Shown here one piece after another: positions 50,333-60,746 of a stretch of DNA of 64,000 bases (its first letter is position 1; each line of letters begins with the position of its first letter). The stretch comes from Eremomyces bilateralis CBS 781.70 (Eukaryota), in NCBI GenBank assembly GCA_010015585.1, contig ML975152.1; one strand, given 5' to 3'. The notes below the pieces were generated by a model. The model was not told where the DNA came from and did not search any database. It saw only the letters and a program-made list of their open reading frames with translations. Both the position numbers and the translations under genes were made by a program.

Positions 50333-51036
50333 TTCTAGCTGAATGCCTGGTCCCCCGGCCCAACAGATATACGAGAGTCACGGCAAGATTATTAATGCAG
50401 TTTGTAGCCTTGGACTCCTAGAGCTCATGCCTTGGCCTGCGACAACATCTTATCGTATAAGGTGTGGAATTGAAGTGTGGAATGGAAGTGTGCTTTGTCT
50501 CAGGGGGAGATATTTGGGAAAAGCAGGGCGCCGCCAAAAACAGCGTCATAAACCGCTCTTTTCGGCGGCAATTTCACAGGTCCTCAGATTCTATGTGTAA
50601 TTAAGGCTTCCCTTCACCCCTGACGGATTCCCTGATGGGTTCCCCACACCGATAGCGGAGAAATGCTCAGCGTGAAATTACCTAGATGTAATATACACTC
50701 CAGCGAACTCGTTCAGTTTAAAATGATAACTGTTTGCGTTCCATTAGACCTATACTTAAAATGGAATATCAGAACCACCACAGATTTGATACAGAAAGGA
50801 AGATTTAAATTTGGACATTCACCGTACGAACCTGTAGGGGATCCCCTGCCCCAACCAGCCCGCTACGCCTCCGCATCTGACTCGGGTCGACATGCGCGCC
50901 ACGTCTGAAATCGGCCCTCATCCACCGCCCCCTCTCCCCCTCCGCCAAATCCCACCACGCGCACCACCGCATCGCGCCATTCGATCCCTCAGGTCATGGA
51001 CCACCCCGCGCTTCATTGGCGTTCACGACCGCGGGA

Positions 51037-52876
51037 ATGGCGTCGGAAGAATTCCTGACGCAGCTGCCGCTAAGGATCGTCGATCGGCTGGTGCATCTGG
51101 ATCGGAGCTTTGGGGACACCGCACGGGCGGTGGGCGAAGCGTTGGAGGGAGGGGATGGGAAGGGAGCGGAACGGGAGGGGAGGGGAGGGCAGGTGGGGAT
51201 TGGAGGGCTGGAGGAGACTTTTCAGACGGGGTTGATGCTGAAGCGGCAGTTGGATGAGTTGGAGAAAGAGTGTAAGCATCGCATTTGCTGTGTCCTTCCC
51301 TCTGGTGTTCTGATGTCGGTTTGCGCTTGCGACGACTTCACGGCATAGTCCTTTACTACAGACGCTGATACGGAGGAATGCCATAGCCTCTATTCCTGAC
51401 CGCTCTGGTCACCTCGCGCTGCTTTTGAATAGCGAATATGTCCTCTGGTCGCTGAACGCCCATACCCCGCTCCGGCTCAACCCCTTCCTGTCGCACTGGG
51501 TCGAGGTGGTGAGGAACTACGAGATGCGAAACAGCATTGTGATCGAGGAGGTGGGAACGAAGATGAATGATTCGAGCCTCCAGAGCGCTCGAGTGGAGAT
51601 GGTGAAGCTCATCCTCGCTGGAGAGATCGAGGTATGTCAAGGGTAGATGCTCCTGGTCGATGAATCTTTCATCTGAACGTCTTAGACACTGTCGTCTCTG
51701 GCTCCGAAACAATTCGCCGACCGCCTACGCCTCTTCCCACCGCGCGACCTCGACATCGCTCCCTTCATCGAAATGCTGGAGGAAGAAGGCATCTGGGATC
51801 CTGAGTCTCCTGTGCCCTCGTCCCGTCCGACCCCCACCCACTCCCGATCGTCCTCCTTTCAAAACCGCGAGACTTCCGAGCCCAGCGCCGATTCCGGGTC
51901 CAATAAGCCTCCACCGTCTGAGTCTCCCAACGCGGATGCCATGCCGTCTCACGAACCCCAGGCCCGGGTTCCAAAATTCAAATCTCGACCTACCCCTCTC
52001 ACACCCTCCACACTCGAACACCACCTTCAGGCCAACCCCATCCAAACCCTTCGTACGCTCACGCACCTCCCCATCGACCTCTCCTCCCTCGACCTCCTCA
52101 CCACCGCGCTCACGTCTCCATTTCTGGTCGTCATCGGCATTGAGCCCCCCTCCGTTGCGCGAGACTACATCCAGCACGCGTTACGCGTCATAGAAGGGGG
52201 CGTGAACGCTCCCGACCCCAATGATGCGCCCTCTCGCGCACCGCCGCAGTGGAATGAGTGGCGGGACACCCAGCCTCAGAGCGTGTACGAAGACGACGAC
52301 GACGAAGACGACGACGACGAAGACGAAGAAGATGACGGAGACGAATATGAGGACGACGGCGAAGCATCCACCCCACGCGGACGCACAGCCGAGCTCCACG
52401 ACATGGGCATCGAGATCATGTGGGAGCGCGGCGCGACGCCGAGCCTGCCGCATCCGTCGCTGGGCGTCCCTCCGAGCCGTCGGAGCGGTGAAGACGGCCG
52501 AGCGGCGGAAGGAAAACAGGCAGGGACGGCCGCGCAGGCTCAGAATCGTGCTTCAGCCACCGAAGCAGCCCGCGCAGGCGCCATCGCAACCGATCCCGCG
52601 GAGGACATGCCAACGGACCGGGCGTCGCTGCAACGCGCCGCGACGCTGTTAGTGCTGTTCGTGCGGTCGCTGATTAGGAAGGGGATCGTGGAAGTGCAGG
52701 ACCTGTACTGGGAGATCCAGGAGCTGTGCGTTCGGTTCCTGTGGGTGAAAGACGTGAGGAGGTTGAAAGCGTGGGTCGAGACGGGGGAGGACGAGGAAGA
52801 AGACACGAATGTGGAGGTAGGTGGAGGGAAGGAGAAAAGCAAAGGCGTGGACGGGGAACGAGAAAGGGGAGGCTGA
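51037..52876 (+). CDS. CCR4-NOT subunit 11 (CNOT11/DUF2363)-like protein, multi-exon
   Basis: C-terminal LPIDLSSLDLLTT..RDYIQHALR....RAATLLVLFVRSLIRKGIVEVQDLYWEIQELCVRF resembles the CNOT11 C-terminal domain. Upstream exons include LLNSEYVLWSL..PLRLNPFLSHWV. Confidence 0.65.
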
Positions 52877-53318
52877 TAGATGTCGTATTGTAAGGGACAA
52901 CGGGCACGAAAGGGGCATCTTTATGCCTACCAAAGAAATCTATCTAGCTGCAAGGAGTAGGCCCGGGGTCAACTTTGAACAACTGGGTCATCATTTGAAA
53001 CTGGGAACTTATGCTGCATACTGATGGGAGATCCACTCCACCCAGAACGATCCGCTTGTCAGTGTGTCGTATTCTAGCGTTCCTTGTCACTGCGTCGATG
53101 AAGCTTCTGGCGTCTCTTGCTCGAGGTTTCGCAACTCTGAATTGGTATCTAGCTATAACTCAGGGGTATTCGCAAGGGTGTTCGTCCAGATCGCTCCGCA
53201 ATGCTAAGTTATTCCAACCCGCATAACCATAGGTTCCATCTCCATCATAATCGTACAATCGGACCATCGCGACCCACGCCTCACTCGATCGCCTCCGTCT
53301 CCCGGATCCCAGTTTCAT

Positions 53319-53849
53319 CTATCTCGACACCTCCTCCTTCTGCAAATCCACCTCGACTCCCCGTTGCCGGGTCTTCCCCTCATCATGCCGCCTGTTCGCC
53401 TCCGCCTGTGATTCCCGATTCCCTGTTAGCCCTGCTACTGCGCCGCCCACCGTACCGCCCACGCGGTCCCCGATGCCCTGCCCCAGATCGCGCATCTGCC
53501 CCTCGGCCTCCTGGCCCTGGCCCTCCTTGTTCTGGCGGATACCCTCGTTCTTCAAGCCCTCGGCACCGACCAGGCCGCCGACCGCCTGCTTGCTGGCGCC
53601 CACGGTCTGGTTCCAGGAGCCGGCGGTGCGGTCGTGGTCATCTTTGGTAGCGCCGGTGGAGGAGACGGTGTAGGGGCCGGCTTTGGCGGCGGTGTGGGAG
53701 AGGTCGTGGCGGGCATCGGATTCGCCTTTGTATTGATCTGCTTTGGTCTGATCCCCGGGGTTGCCGGTTAATTTTCCGAGGAGCGATTGACCTGTGCCCT
53801 TCACTTGGTCCACGTAGGACTGGGGGGTAGATGTGTTCTTGTCCGTCAT
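53319..53849 (-). CDS. CsbD-like/Hmp1 (mismatched base pair and cruciform DNA recognition) hydrophilin, 176 aa
   Basis: MTDKNTSTPQSYVDQ...DRTAGSWNQTVGASKQAVGGLVGAEGLK.EG..QN.EG.GQEAEGQ..D.G.G..DRV.G. Confidence 0.8.
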   Translation of the reverse strand: MTDKNTSTPQSYVDQVKGTGQSLLGKLTGNPGDQTKADQYKGESDARHDLSHTAAKAGPYTVSSTGATKDDHDRTAGSWNQTVGASKQAVGGLVGAEGLKNEGIRQNKEGQGQEAEGQMRDLGQGIGDRVGGTVGGAVAGLTGNRESQAEANRRHDEGKTRQRGVEVDLQKEEVSR

Positions 53850-54040
53850 GATGTTGGTTGGTTTGGTTTGAATTGGTGTTTGGAAAGGATGACTTTGAAT
53901 ATGAGATTCAGACAATTGATTGATAGGATTTATAGGATTGACAGGATTGATAGGACTGAAGAATTGAAGAATTGTAGGAGCGAAGGTTGATCCTTTTATG
54001 CGCGATACCACAGCAGTATCTAGACACCTCAATGAGCCGA

Positions 54041-54048
54041 TGACGTCA
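54041..54048. promoter_or_regulatory. CRE palindrome TGACGTCA upstream of the CsbD-like gene
   Basis: Perfect TGACGTCA ~40 bp upstream of a TATA-like CATAAAA (53994-54000, minus strand). Confidence 0.55.
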
Positions 54049-54721
54049 GGTATGACCTTCCCCCGGTGGGCTGGCCAGACCATTGGTGGCTAATCCATTG
54101 GGAGAGCAGGGTCTCAAAGTGACTGCACGTGACCGAAATGGAGAGCCAGAATCACATGTGCCCTTCGCAATCACGTGTTTGATCCTTGTCTGGCCCACAA
54201 TTCAGGATGGCGTTGTTGCAGCTCCACCACGTGCAACTGAGAGTCGATCCTCGTAACAGAACAGCCACCAAATACGGACAGAAAAGAATATGGACAGGTA
54301 GAGCAATGGTGCAGCTGCGAAAGACTCGAGGTTGAAGCCCGATATTCTGGCACAGATGGATGCTTCGAAACGGAAACCTAAGCTCTACAATTAGGCCCAG
54401 CTTGTTCCTCGTGGTGCCACCGCTTAATTCCTGTATTCCGTAAATGGCGCATCAGATGGGACCCGCGCGGGGTGTGAGATCATTCAAGTTCCAACTTCCA
54501 AGGCAGGGGTTGCGCTTCTCGATACTGCGTCGCCTTCTCTCCCGGATTCCACCATTCCGAACAACCTTGACCTTCAGATGAGAAATATGAATGTGTCGTC
54601 ATAACTTACCTATCGGAATAACCAGGGTAGAATCAAAACAAGCCATCGCACTAGTGCTGGATGACAAGAAATCGATCCTGCATCCCGACCGCCGAGCGTG
54701 ATCTCGAGGTGGACTGCAAGT

Positions 54722-55561
54722 ATGGGCTACGATTCGCAAATATCCTTTACTTTGGACACAATATGTCCCTGGTCAGTGTAACTCCGCTGAGCGCCGCGCC
54801 GATACTGCGTGCTGAAAAGCTTAGGACATACCTCGCCAAAAAACGTCTGGACGCGGCTTTGGATCAGTATCGCACCGCTCATCCCGACTCATCAGTCCGG
54901 TTTAGTGTGAAATACCTCCCATTTCAACTCTATCCGGAAGTATCGAAGGAAGGTGAAGGCAAGTACGAGTGGTACAAACGGTCCAAATATGGCGATTCAG
55001 ACGAGAAGATGCGGATGTATACCACTATCATGAGTGCGTATGGACGGAGCGTCGGGATCGACTTCAAGTTTGGAGGCACCGTCGCCAATACTCTGGATGC
55101 CCACCGTTTAATACAACGGTACCAAGAGGTCCGAGGGCCTGACTGTGCGGACAAACTAATCAATAGTATTTCCCTCTACCGCAACATTAAGCTCCCTCCC
55201 TGATAACTGGATTAGCTTTGTACATGCTGTATTTCGAGAACGAGGAGCATCCTAGCTCCCTGGACACCCTCCTCAAGGCAGCGAAGGAAGCGGGGATACC
55301 GGAGGATGAAGCGAAGGCGTTCCTTGAAGATGAGTCCGAAGGTCTCCAAGAGGTCAAGAAGTTGATGCAGGAACAGGCGAGGAATGGAACGGATGCAGTG
55401 CCAACTGTCGTGTTTGAAGGTTCGTTCTCTCAAGGTTGCCAGGCTAGACTCGGGCACATGGCTTACCAAGCGCAGGCAGAAAGCGCGACTTCACGCTGGT
55501 TGGCGCAAAGGAAGTTCAGGAATATTTCAAGACGATGGAGCAGGTCGCAAAAGAAGCTTGA
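54722..55561 (+). CDS. DSBA-like/FrnE thioredoxin-fold protein, 4 exons
   Basis: MGYDSQISFTLDTICPW|TYLAKKRL...PFQLYP...ANTLDAHRLI...DAVPTVVFE|GRKRDFTLVGAKEV...EA*. Confidence 0.85.
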
Positions 55562-56086
55562 GATAATATGCTTGATATAGCAAGAATCGATGATTCAACG
55601 CAGGCTGATGCGAATCATGAACAGGTATATAAGAACCGCGCACTTCCCTCGCTGGCACTGAAGGTGGGGGAGTGTTCGTGGATATGAAGACGCCATTCCA
55701 TGTCTCCACCATTTCTCAATGGCCGATATAAATCTCATAGATATATCATGTATAGGTGTAGAATGATGGCTTCCTGTACTCTGCTGTCGTCGTGGCTTGA
55801 AGCAAGAAGTATCAAATAAGGCTATGAACTAAGCCTATTTTGGTTAGTGTGTCGGATATGCAAGGGTCTCGAATCGCATATCGTGTCCTGAACCCTGAGG
55901 GACTTCAGTCCTCCAACACAACTCAACGACTGTCCTTTACGCGAACGCAGATGAGAAGCAGGAGTTGGAAATTGAAAGGCCTCAATCAGAAATGATGATC
56001 CAAATACCGTCCTAAAACAATTTCTTACTCCACCGGCGCTATTTGTGTTGTAGTATCCGCCCAGGCGATGTACCCTCGCTTTCACC

Positions 56087-57404
56087 ATGAACGGATTCGC
56101 GGACCACGGCCTTAGTGCGTCCGACTTCGAGACGCCAAAAGGAGGCTTCGCGACATTTGACGCCTTCCGTAAGTCCTTACCGAACCTGGTGGCTGCCATT
56201 ATGCCGCAATGAGCAATGAGCAATGAGAACCGAAGAGAGTCTAATATGCAACCGCAGCAAAAACAAAAGCCACCTATTTAACCCGAACACGGACCGGTTC
56301 AGCATGGACTCTGCTCTTGATCGTCACGACCGTCTACCTATGCATCACCGAAATCCGCCGCTGGGTTGACGGGACCATTTCGCACAACTTCTCCGTCGAG
56401 AAGGGCATCGGCCACCAGCTCCAAATGAACCTCGACATCATCATGGCCATGAAGTGTGAGGACCTCCGCATCAACGTGCAAGATGCCAGCGGGGATCGCA
56501 TCCTGGCGGGCGAGATGCTACAGATGGACCCCACCAAGTGGCTGCAGTGGGGCGGAGGGAAGCAGAGGAAGCAGGTTCATAAGTTGGGAGAGTCGGAGGA
56601 CAGGGACTCGATATATGGCCTCGGGGAGGATGAGGACGTTCACGACTACTTGTCGATGGCAAGAGGGAGGAGCCGATTCCCACGCACGCCGAAGGTGAAA
56701 GGCGAGGCGGACGCCTGTCGGATCTACGGAAGCTTCGACGAGAACAAGGTGCAAGGGGACTTCCACATCATGGCAAGAGGTCACGGATACCGGGAGTTTG
56801 GCGATCATCTAGATCATGGCCGTGAGTTCTTAAGGTATCCCCGATGGTTCGCAGAATGCTGACACCTTCATTCGCAGTCTTCAACTTCTCTCATCAAGTC
56901 AATGAATTGTCCTTCGGTCCGTATTACCCGAACCTGGTCAACCCCATGGATAAGACCATCGCCACCACCGAATTCCACTTCTACAAGTTCCAATACTATC
57001 TCTCCATCGTCCCCACCATTTACACGACCAACTCGCGGAACCTCGCAAAACTCCCGCAAAACTCCCACAACCCATACATTACCTCCGCGTCCGACACCGT
57101 CGTCACCAATCAATACGCCGTCACCGAACAAAGCCACCCGGTCGGCGAGGCGAACGTCCCCGGGATCTTCTTCAAATACGACATCGAGCCCATCCTTCTG
57201 CTGGTGAGCGAAGAGTCGAGCAGCTTATTTGCCCTCCTAGTGCGCCTGGTCAACGTGGTGTCCGGCGTCATGGTCGCGCTGAACTGGTGCTCCCTGCTGA
57301 GTGATTGGGTAGCCGATGTGCTGGGGCGGAGGCAGAAACGCGAAAGCCTGGGCATGCTGCACGGGCGGACGCAAAGTCTGGATAAGAAATTTCGGTACGA
57401 CTAG
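56087..57404 (+). CDS. ERV41: ER-Golgi intermediate compartment protein, Erv41 (ERGIC2) family
   Basis: FDAFP|KTK, VQDASGDRILAG, CRIYGS....KVQGDFHI.ARGHGY, FNFSH.VNELSFG, PGIFFKYDIEPI, two TM segments. Confidence 0.9.
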
Positions 57405-57736
57405 CAGGGTGCATGCATGACATAAGACCTTGGACTTGTAAATGGCCTGGAGATGACTTGCATTTAACGGCGTTGGCAATTTTAGAGACTTCAATTTTTA
57501 CGCGGGATGTTTTTTATGACCGTTAAACGCCCCCCCTATGCATTTTTCTTGCGAACTGACCATTCGTTCCGAGTAATCCAAGTCAGGAATGTTCGATCAA
57601 TACGTTCCGGATTTCTCTTCTTCGATTGTGCTGTCTACGCCTGTCCCGGTCATTCCCTGCTGCTTCTCGTACCCCTCATCGTGCGCTCTGCGCATTTGCA
57701 CCCTGAATTACCCCGAGTGCATAACGTCCCGGGCCA

Positions 57737-58129
57737 CTATCTCTTCCCCTCGCCATCGCCCTCATTCAGAAACCCCCAGCCAGTCCGACTCTCCTGTCCT
57801 CTCCGCGCTTGAGAGTCCGGCGCCGCGTTCAACTTCATCGCGGAGTGCGTATCCGTGACGTTGCTAGTGGTGCCGTGTGCGGACTGTTTCATCGCGGATG
57901 CCGATTGGCCGGCCGCGAAGCCGCCGCCGGACTGGAGGGACTCGGATGCGAGGGAGTCGGAGAGCACTTCGCCGGTGGGTTCGGAATTAGGGGCGTGGGA
58001 TTTCGGGTCCGTGGAGACCTGGTCGGGATGTCAGACTGCGGTACTTGCATCAAAGAGTGGTGGTATGGGAGAGCGGTGGGTCTGTGGGAGGTTCGTCGAG
58101 CATACCTTGGTTCCTGCGGATGACGGCAT
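57737..58129 (-). CDS. Small hydrophilic conserved fungal protein (one intron ~58021-58105)
   Basis: MPSSAGTK|VSTDPKS...VLSDSLASESLQSGGGF...TTSNVTDTHSAMKL.AAPDSQAR; canonical GTATGC donor and CTGAC..CAG acceptor. Confidence 0.65.
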
Positions 58130-58478
58130 CTTGAAATTTGTCGATCGGATGGTGGAGGAGGGATATAGGCGGATTTGGATATGGGATACTTCAGTCAGTT
58201 CTTAAGTTAAACTCGACATGCTCCGGTGTTGCAATAGAGGCGTGTAGACATTCATCCCATCTGACCTATTTCGACCCTGCGATGACATCACCTTGAAATC
58301 ACAACCCGTTTTGGGGGCGTGAAGGATGCTGATCAAAACACAAGACATTTTCGTGAAGTGTACATTTTCAATTGGATTGTAGTCTCGCTATATCCTGAAT
58401 TTTATGCCTTACACTTCTCAATGGCGCAAGCAAGCGATAAATGCTGCCCGATAAAATCTCACTCCTCCCACTGACATC

Positions 58479-58820
58479 CTATTTCGTCGTCTGAGACAAG
58501 CCAGCGGCATCCTTCTTGTCCCTCGTCACCGCATCGTTTGGAATGCCGTCCAAGTTATCCTTCGCCACGCGTCCGACGTTGCTTCCAGCCGTGTGCTTCA
58601 TGGTCTCTGAACTGTCTTCTCTTACGTCACTGCCCGCTGTGGCGGGCCCTCTCAATGTGTCACCGCCCTGTCCCGATGCTGAGATGTCGGATTCGACACG
58701 ACCCGAGCCAACGTTGACAGTGCTGGAGTCGGAAGAGTTCCAGTCGGATTCAACGGGGGGTTTATCGGGGAGCGGGAGGTTGGATTGACGTTGGTTGATG
58801 GTGTCTCCTGAGGCAGGCAT
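58479..58820 (-). CDS. Small hydrophilic (hydrophilin-like) protein, 113 aa
   Basis: NLPLPDKPPVESDWNSSD.STVNVGSG..LRGPAT..S.VR..VGR.AKD.L.G.P.DAV; ATG in A-rich context with TATAAAT upstream. Confidence 0.7.
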   Translation of the reverse strand: MPASGDTINQRQSNLPLPDKPPVESDWNSSDSSTVNVGSGRVESDISASGQGGDTLRGPATAGSDVREDSSETMKHTAGSNVGRVAKDNLDGIPNDAVTRDKKDAAGLSQTTK

Positions 58821-59025
58821 ATTGATGATATGTAGAATCGGAAAGCTATGCTGAGATGGGAGTTAGTAGAGGAGTACAATGGAGCCTGGGGCAAGAACTT
58901 ACCGACAGTCTGTGTATGTTCTGAATAATGATATACTTCTTGCTTATGCGGCTTGGAGAAGGGAGAGGCACTGGGAGACATTTATATCGTCAGTCAGTGG
59001 ACGCAACTGGGGCGGCCCCACCGAG

Positions 59026-59033
59026 TGACGTCA
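59026..59033. promoter_or_regulatory. CRE palindrome TGACGTCA upstream of the 113-aa hydrophilin gene
   Basis: Perfect TGACGTCA ~40 bp upstream of TATAAAT (58980-58986, minus strand). Confidence 0.55.
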
Positions 59034-59494
59034 ATATCACTGACCTCAGAGACAGCTGGTCCGATACAGGGACTAGAATCGTCAGACCCCACAGTGCAAG
59101 TGTCCAACTCTATTGCAACCTACACCGAACATCAGTGTACATACGGTCATCACTAATCGGAGGAACTCAATCAAGGATTTCCCCTGGGTATCCTGATCGT
59201 CCGCTGCACCTCGTACGCTGGGAGGCTACCGCTTTCGTCATGATCGTGCCAGGAATTCACCATGCTCTCATAATCCATAGATGATCGTCCATGTTTATTT
59301 ACGGGGAAGGACAGGGTGGAGCGGTAAATAGGTGTAGATAATTGCCATTCGTCGTATGTACGTGTCGATCAAATCCTGCTCCAGCCTCCAATGCTCGCTC
59401 AAAAAACAATACGAATCGTAACAGCCGCAAGCCAAAAAGCCTTCAATGTGTATTTTAGTCCTTGTCCCGTAAATGCTGCGCAGTCAATCAGGTA

Positions 59495-60746
59495 TCATTG
59501 CCCGCTCCAGACTTGGGCCAGCCAATCCCGAAATCGCAGCGGGTGAATCTCAGGGAATCTCCGATTCAAACTCCGGTCGGTGACGTCGTACCGTCCTTCG
59601 ATGGTCGCGACATGATCGTGCGCTCGCAGCAGCCGCTCCCCATCGTCCTCATATTCCGCCATCACAATCTCGGAGCGGAGCGAATTGATATCGTGCCATT
59701 GTACGGATGCGCTCGGAAACCCTACATTGATTATCAGGTAAGTCAACTCGTTACCGACATCGCGATGGGGATCCACTCACCCTTGACTTCCGCTGCTAGT
59801 TGGGTAAGCTGGTACACGGTCATCTTCTCGCCATACATGGTCAGTTGGGCGGGCCACGACGGCATGTCGAGTGCCCGCACCACGAATTGTGCTACGTCCC
59901 GCATGGCAGTGAGACAGATGATGACATTGGTTCGGCCTTGCGGATCATAAATCGGCGCTTGGACCCGCATGTCCCGCATGTTCATGATGTAGTCGCCCTC
60001 GCCCGCGAGGCCAAATTCCAGTCCGATCTGGTACGCCGCGAGGCCGCCCGGCGCGAATCGCTCGTAGAAAACCCCACACGCGAAGGTCGTCGACTCGAGC
60101 TCGCGTCGGTAATGCTGCAGCCAGGTGAGCGCGGCCGTCTTGTCTCGGTCGAGAGCGTCATTCGCGCGCCGATTCGACGGCAATCCTTCAAACTCCGCCG
60201 GAGCAAATCGTCGGACACCGGTCTGAACCGCAGCTTGAATCAGTTGTAATTGTGGAGGACCGGTGACCGTGGATATCACGGTGTGCACTCCAGTCAGGGC
60301 ATGTTTCACTGAAGTGTCGTCGTCGTAGTCAACGAGAAGAACTTCGAAGCCGTGAGATTTTAGTTGCGGTTGCTCCTATACGCATCGCATCAGCCAACAC
60401 TTTCCACATTCATACGGTAATCCCAAATATCTCTCAGAAGTTCCACAGTGAACTGCCAAGCTCGCTGAAGCAAGGCCGTATCAGTCGCACGGCGAAATAT
60501 GGGATGTCGCCATTATCCTGGGCCTCCAGTGCCAAAGCCACGTTCGGCAGCAGTTGGCGAGGCCATTCAACACAGGAACTCCCGCACCTCGTAAGGTGTC
60601 CTGCCAAGGGGCCACGCAGCCACGGAACAATCGGGGGTAAAACGTACAAATCGAGATAGGATGATGAGTTGATGGCTCGTCATCTCCTTCACATAGGAAG
60701 CGATTAACAAAGCAAGCGAATTGGTCCCGGCAATAACAACCCTCAT
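59495..60746 (-). CDS. NmrA-like/isoflavone reductase family NAD(P)-binding protein, 3 exons (first intron ~270 nt)
   Basis: MRVVIAGTNSLA..LSRF|EQPQL...VDYDD...LTGVHTVISTV..QLQLIQAAVQTGVRRFAPAEFE...FPEIHPLRFRDWL. Confidence 0.85.
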
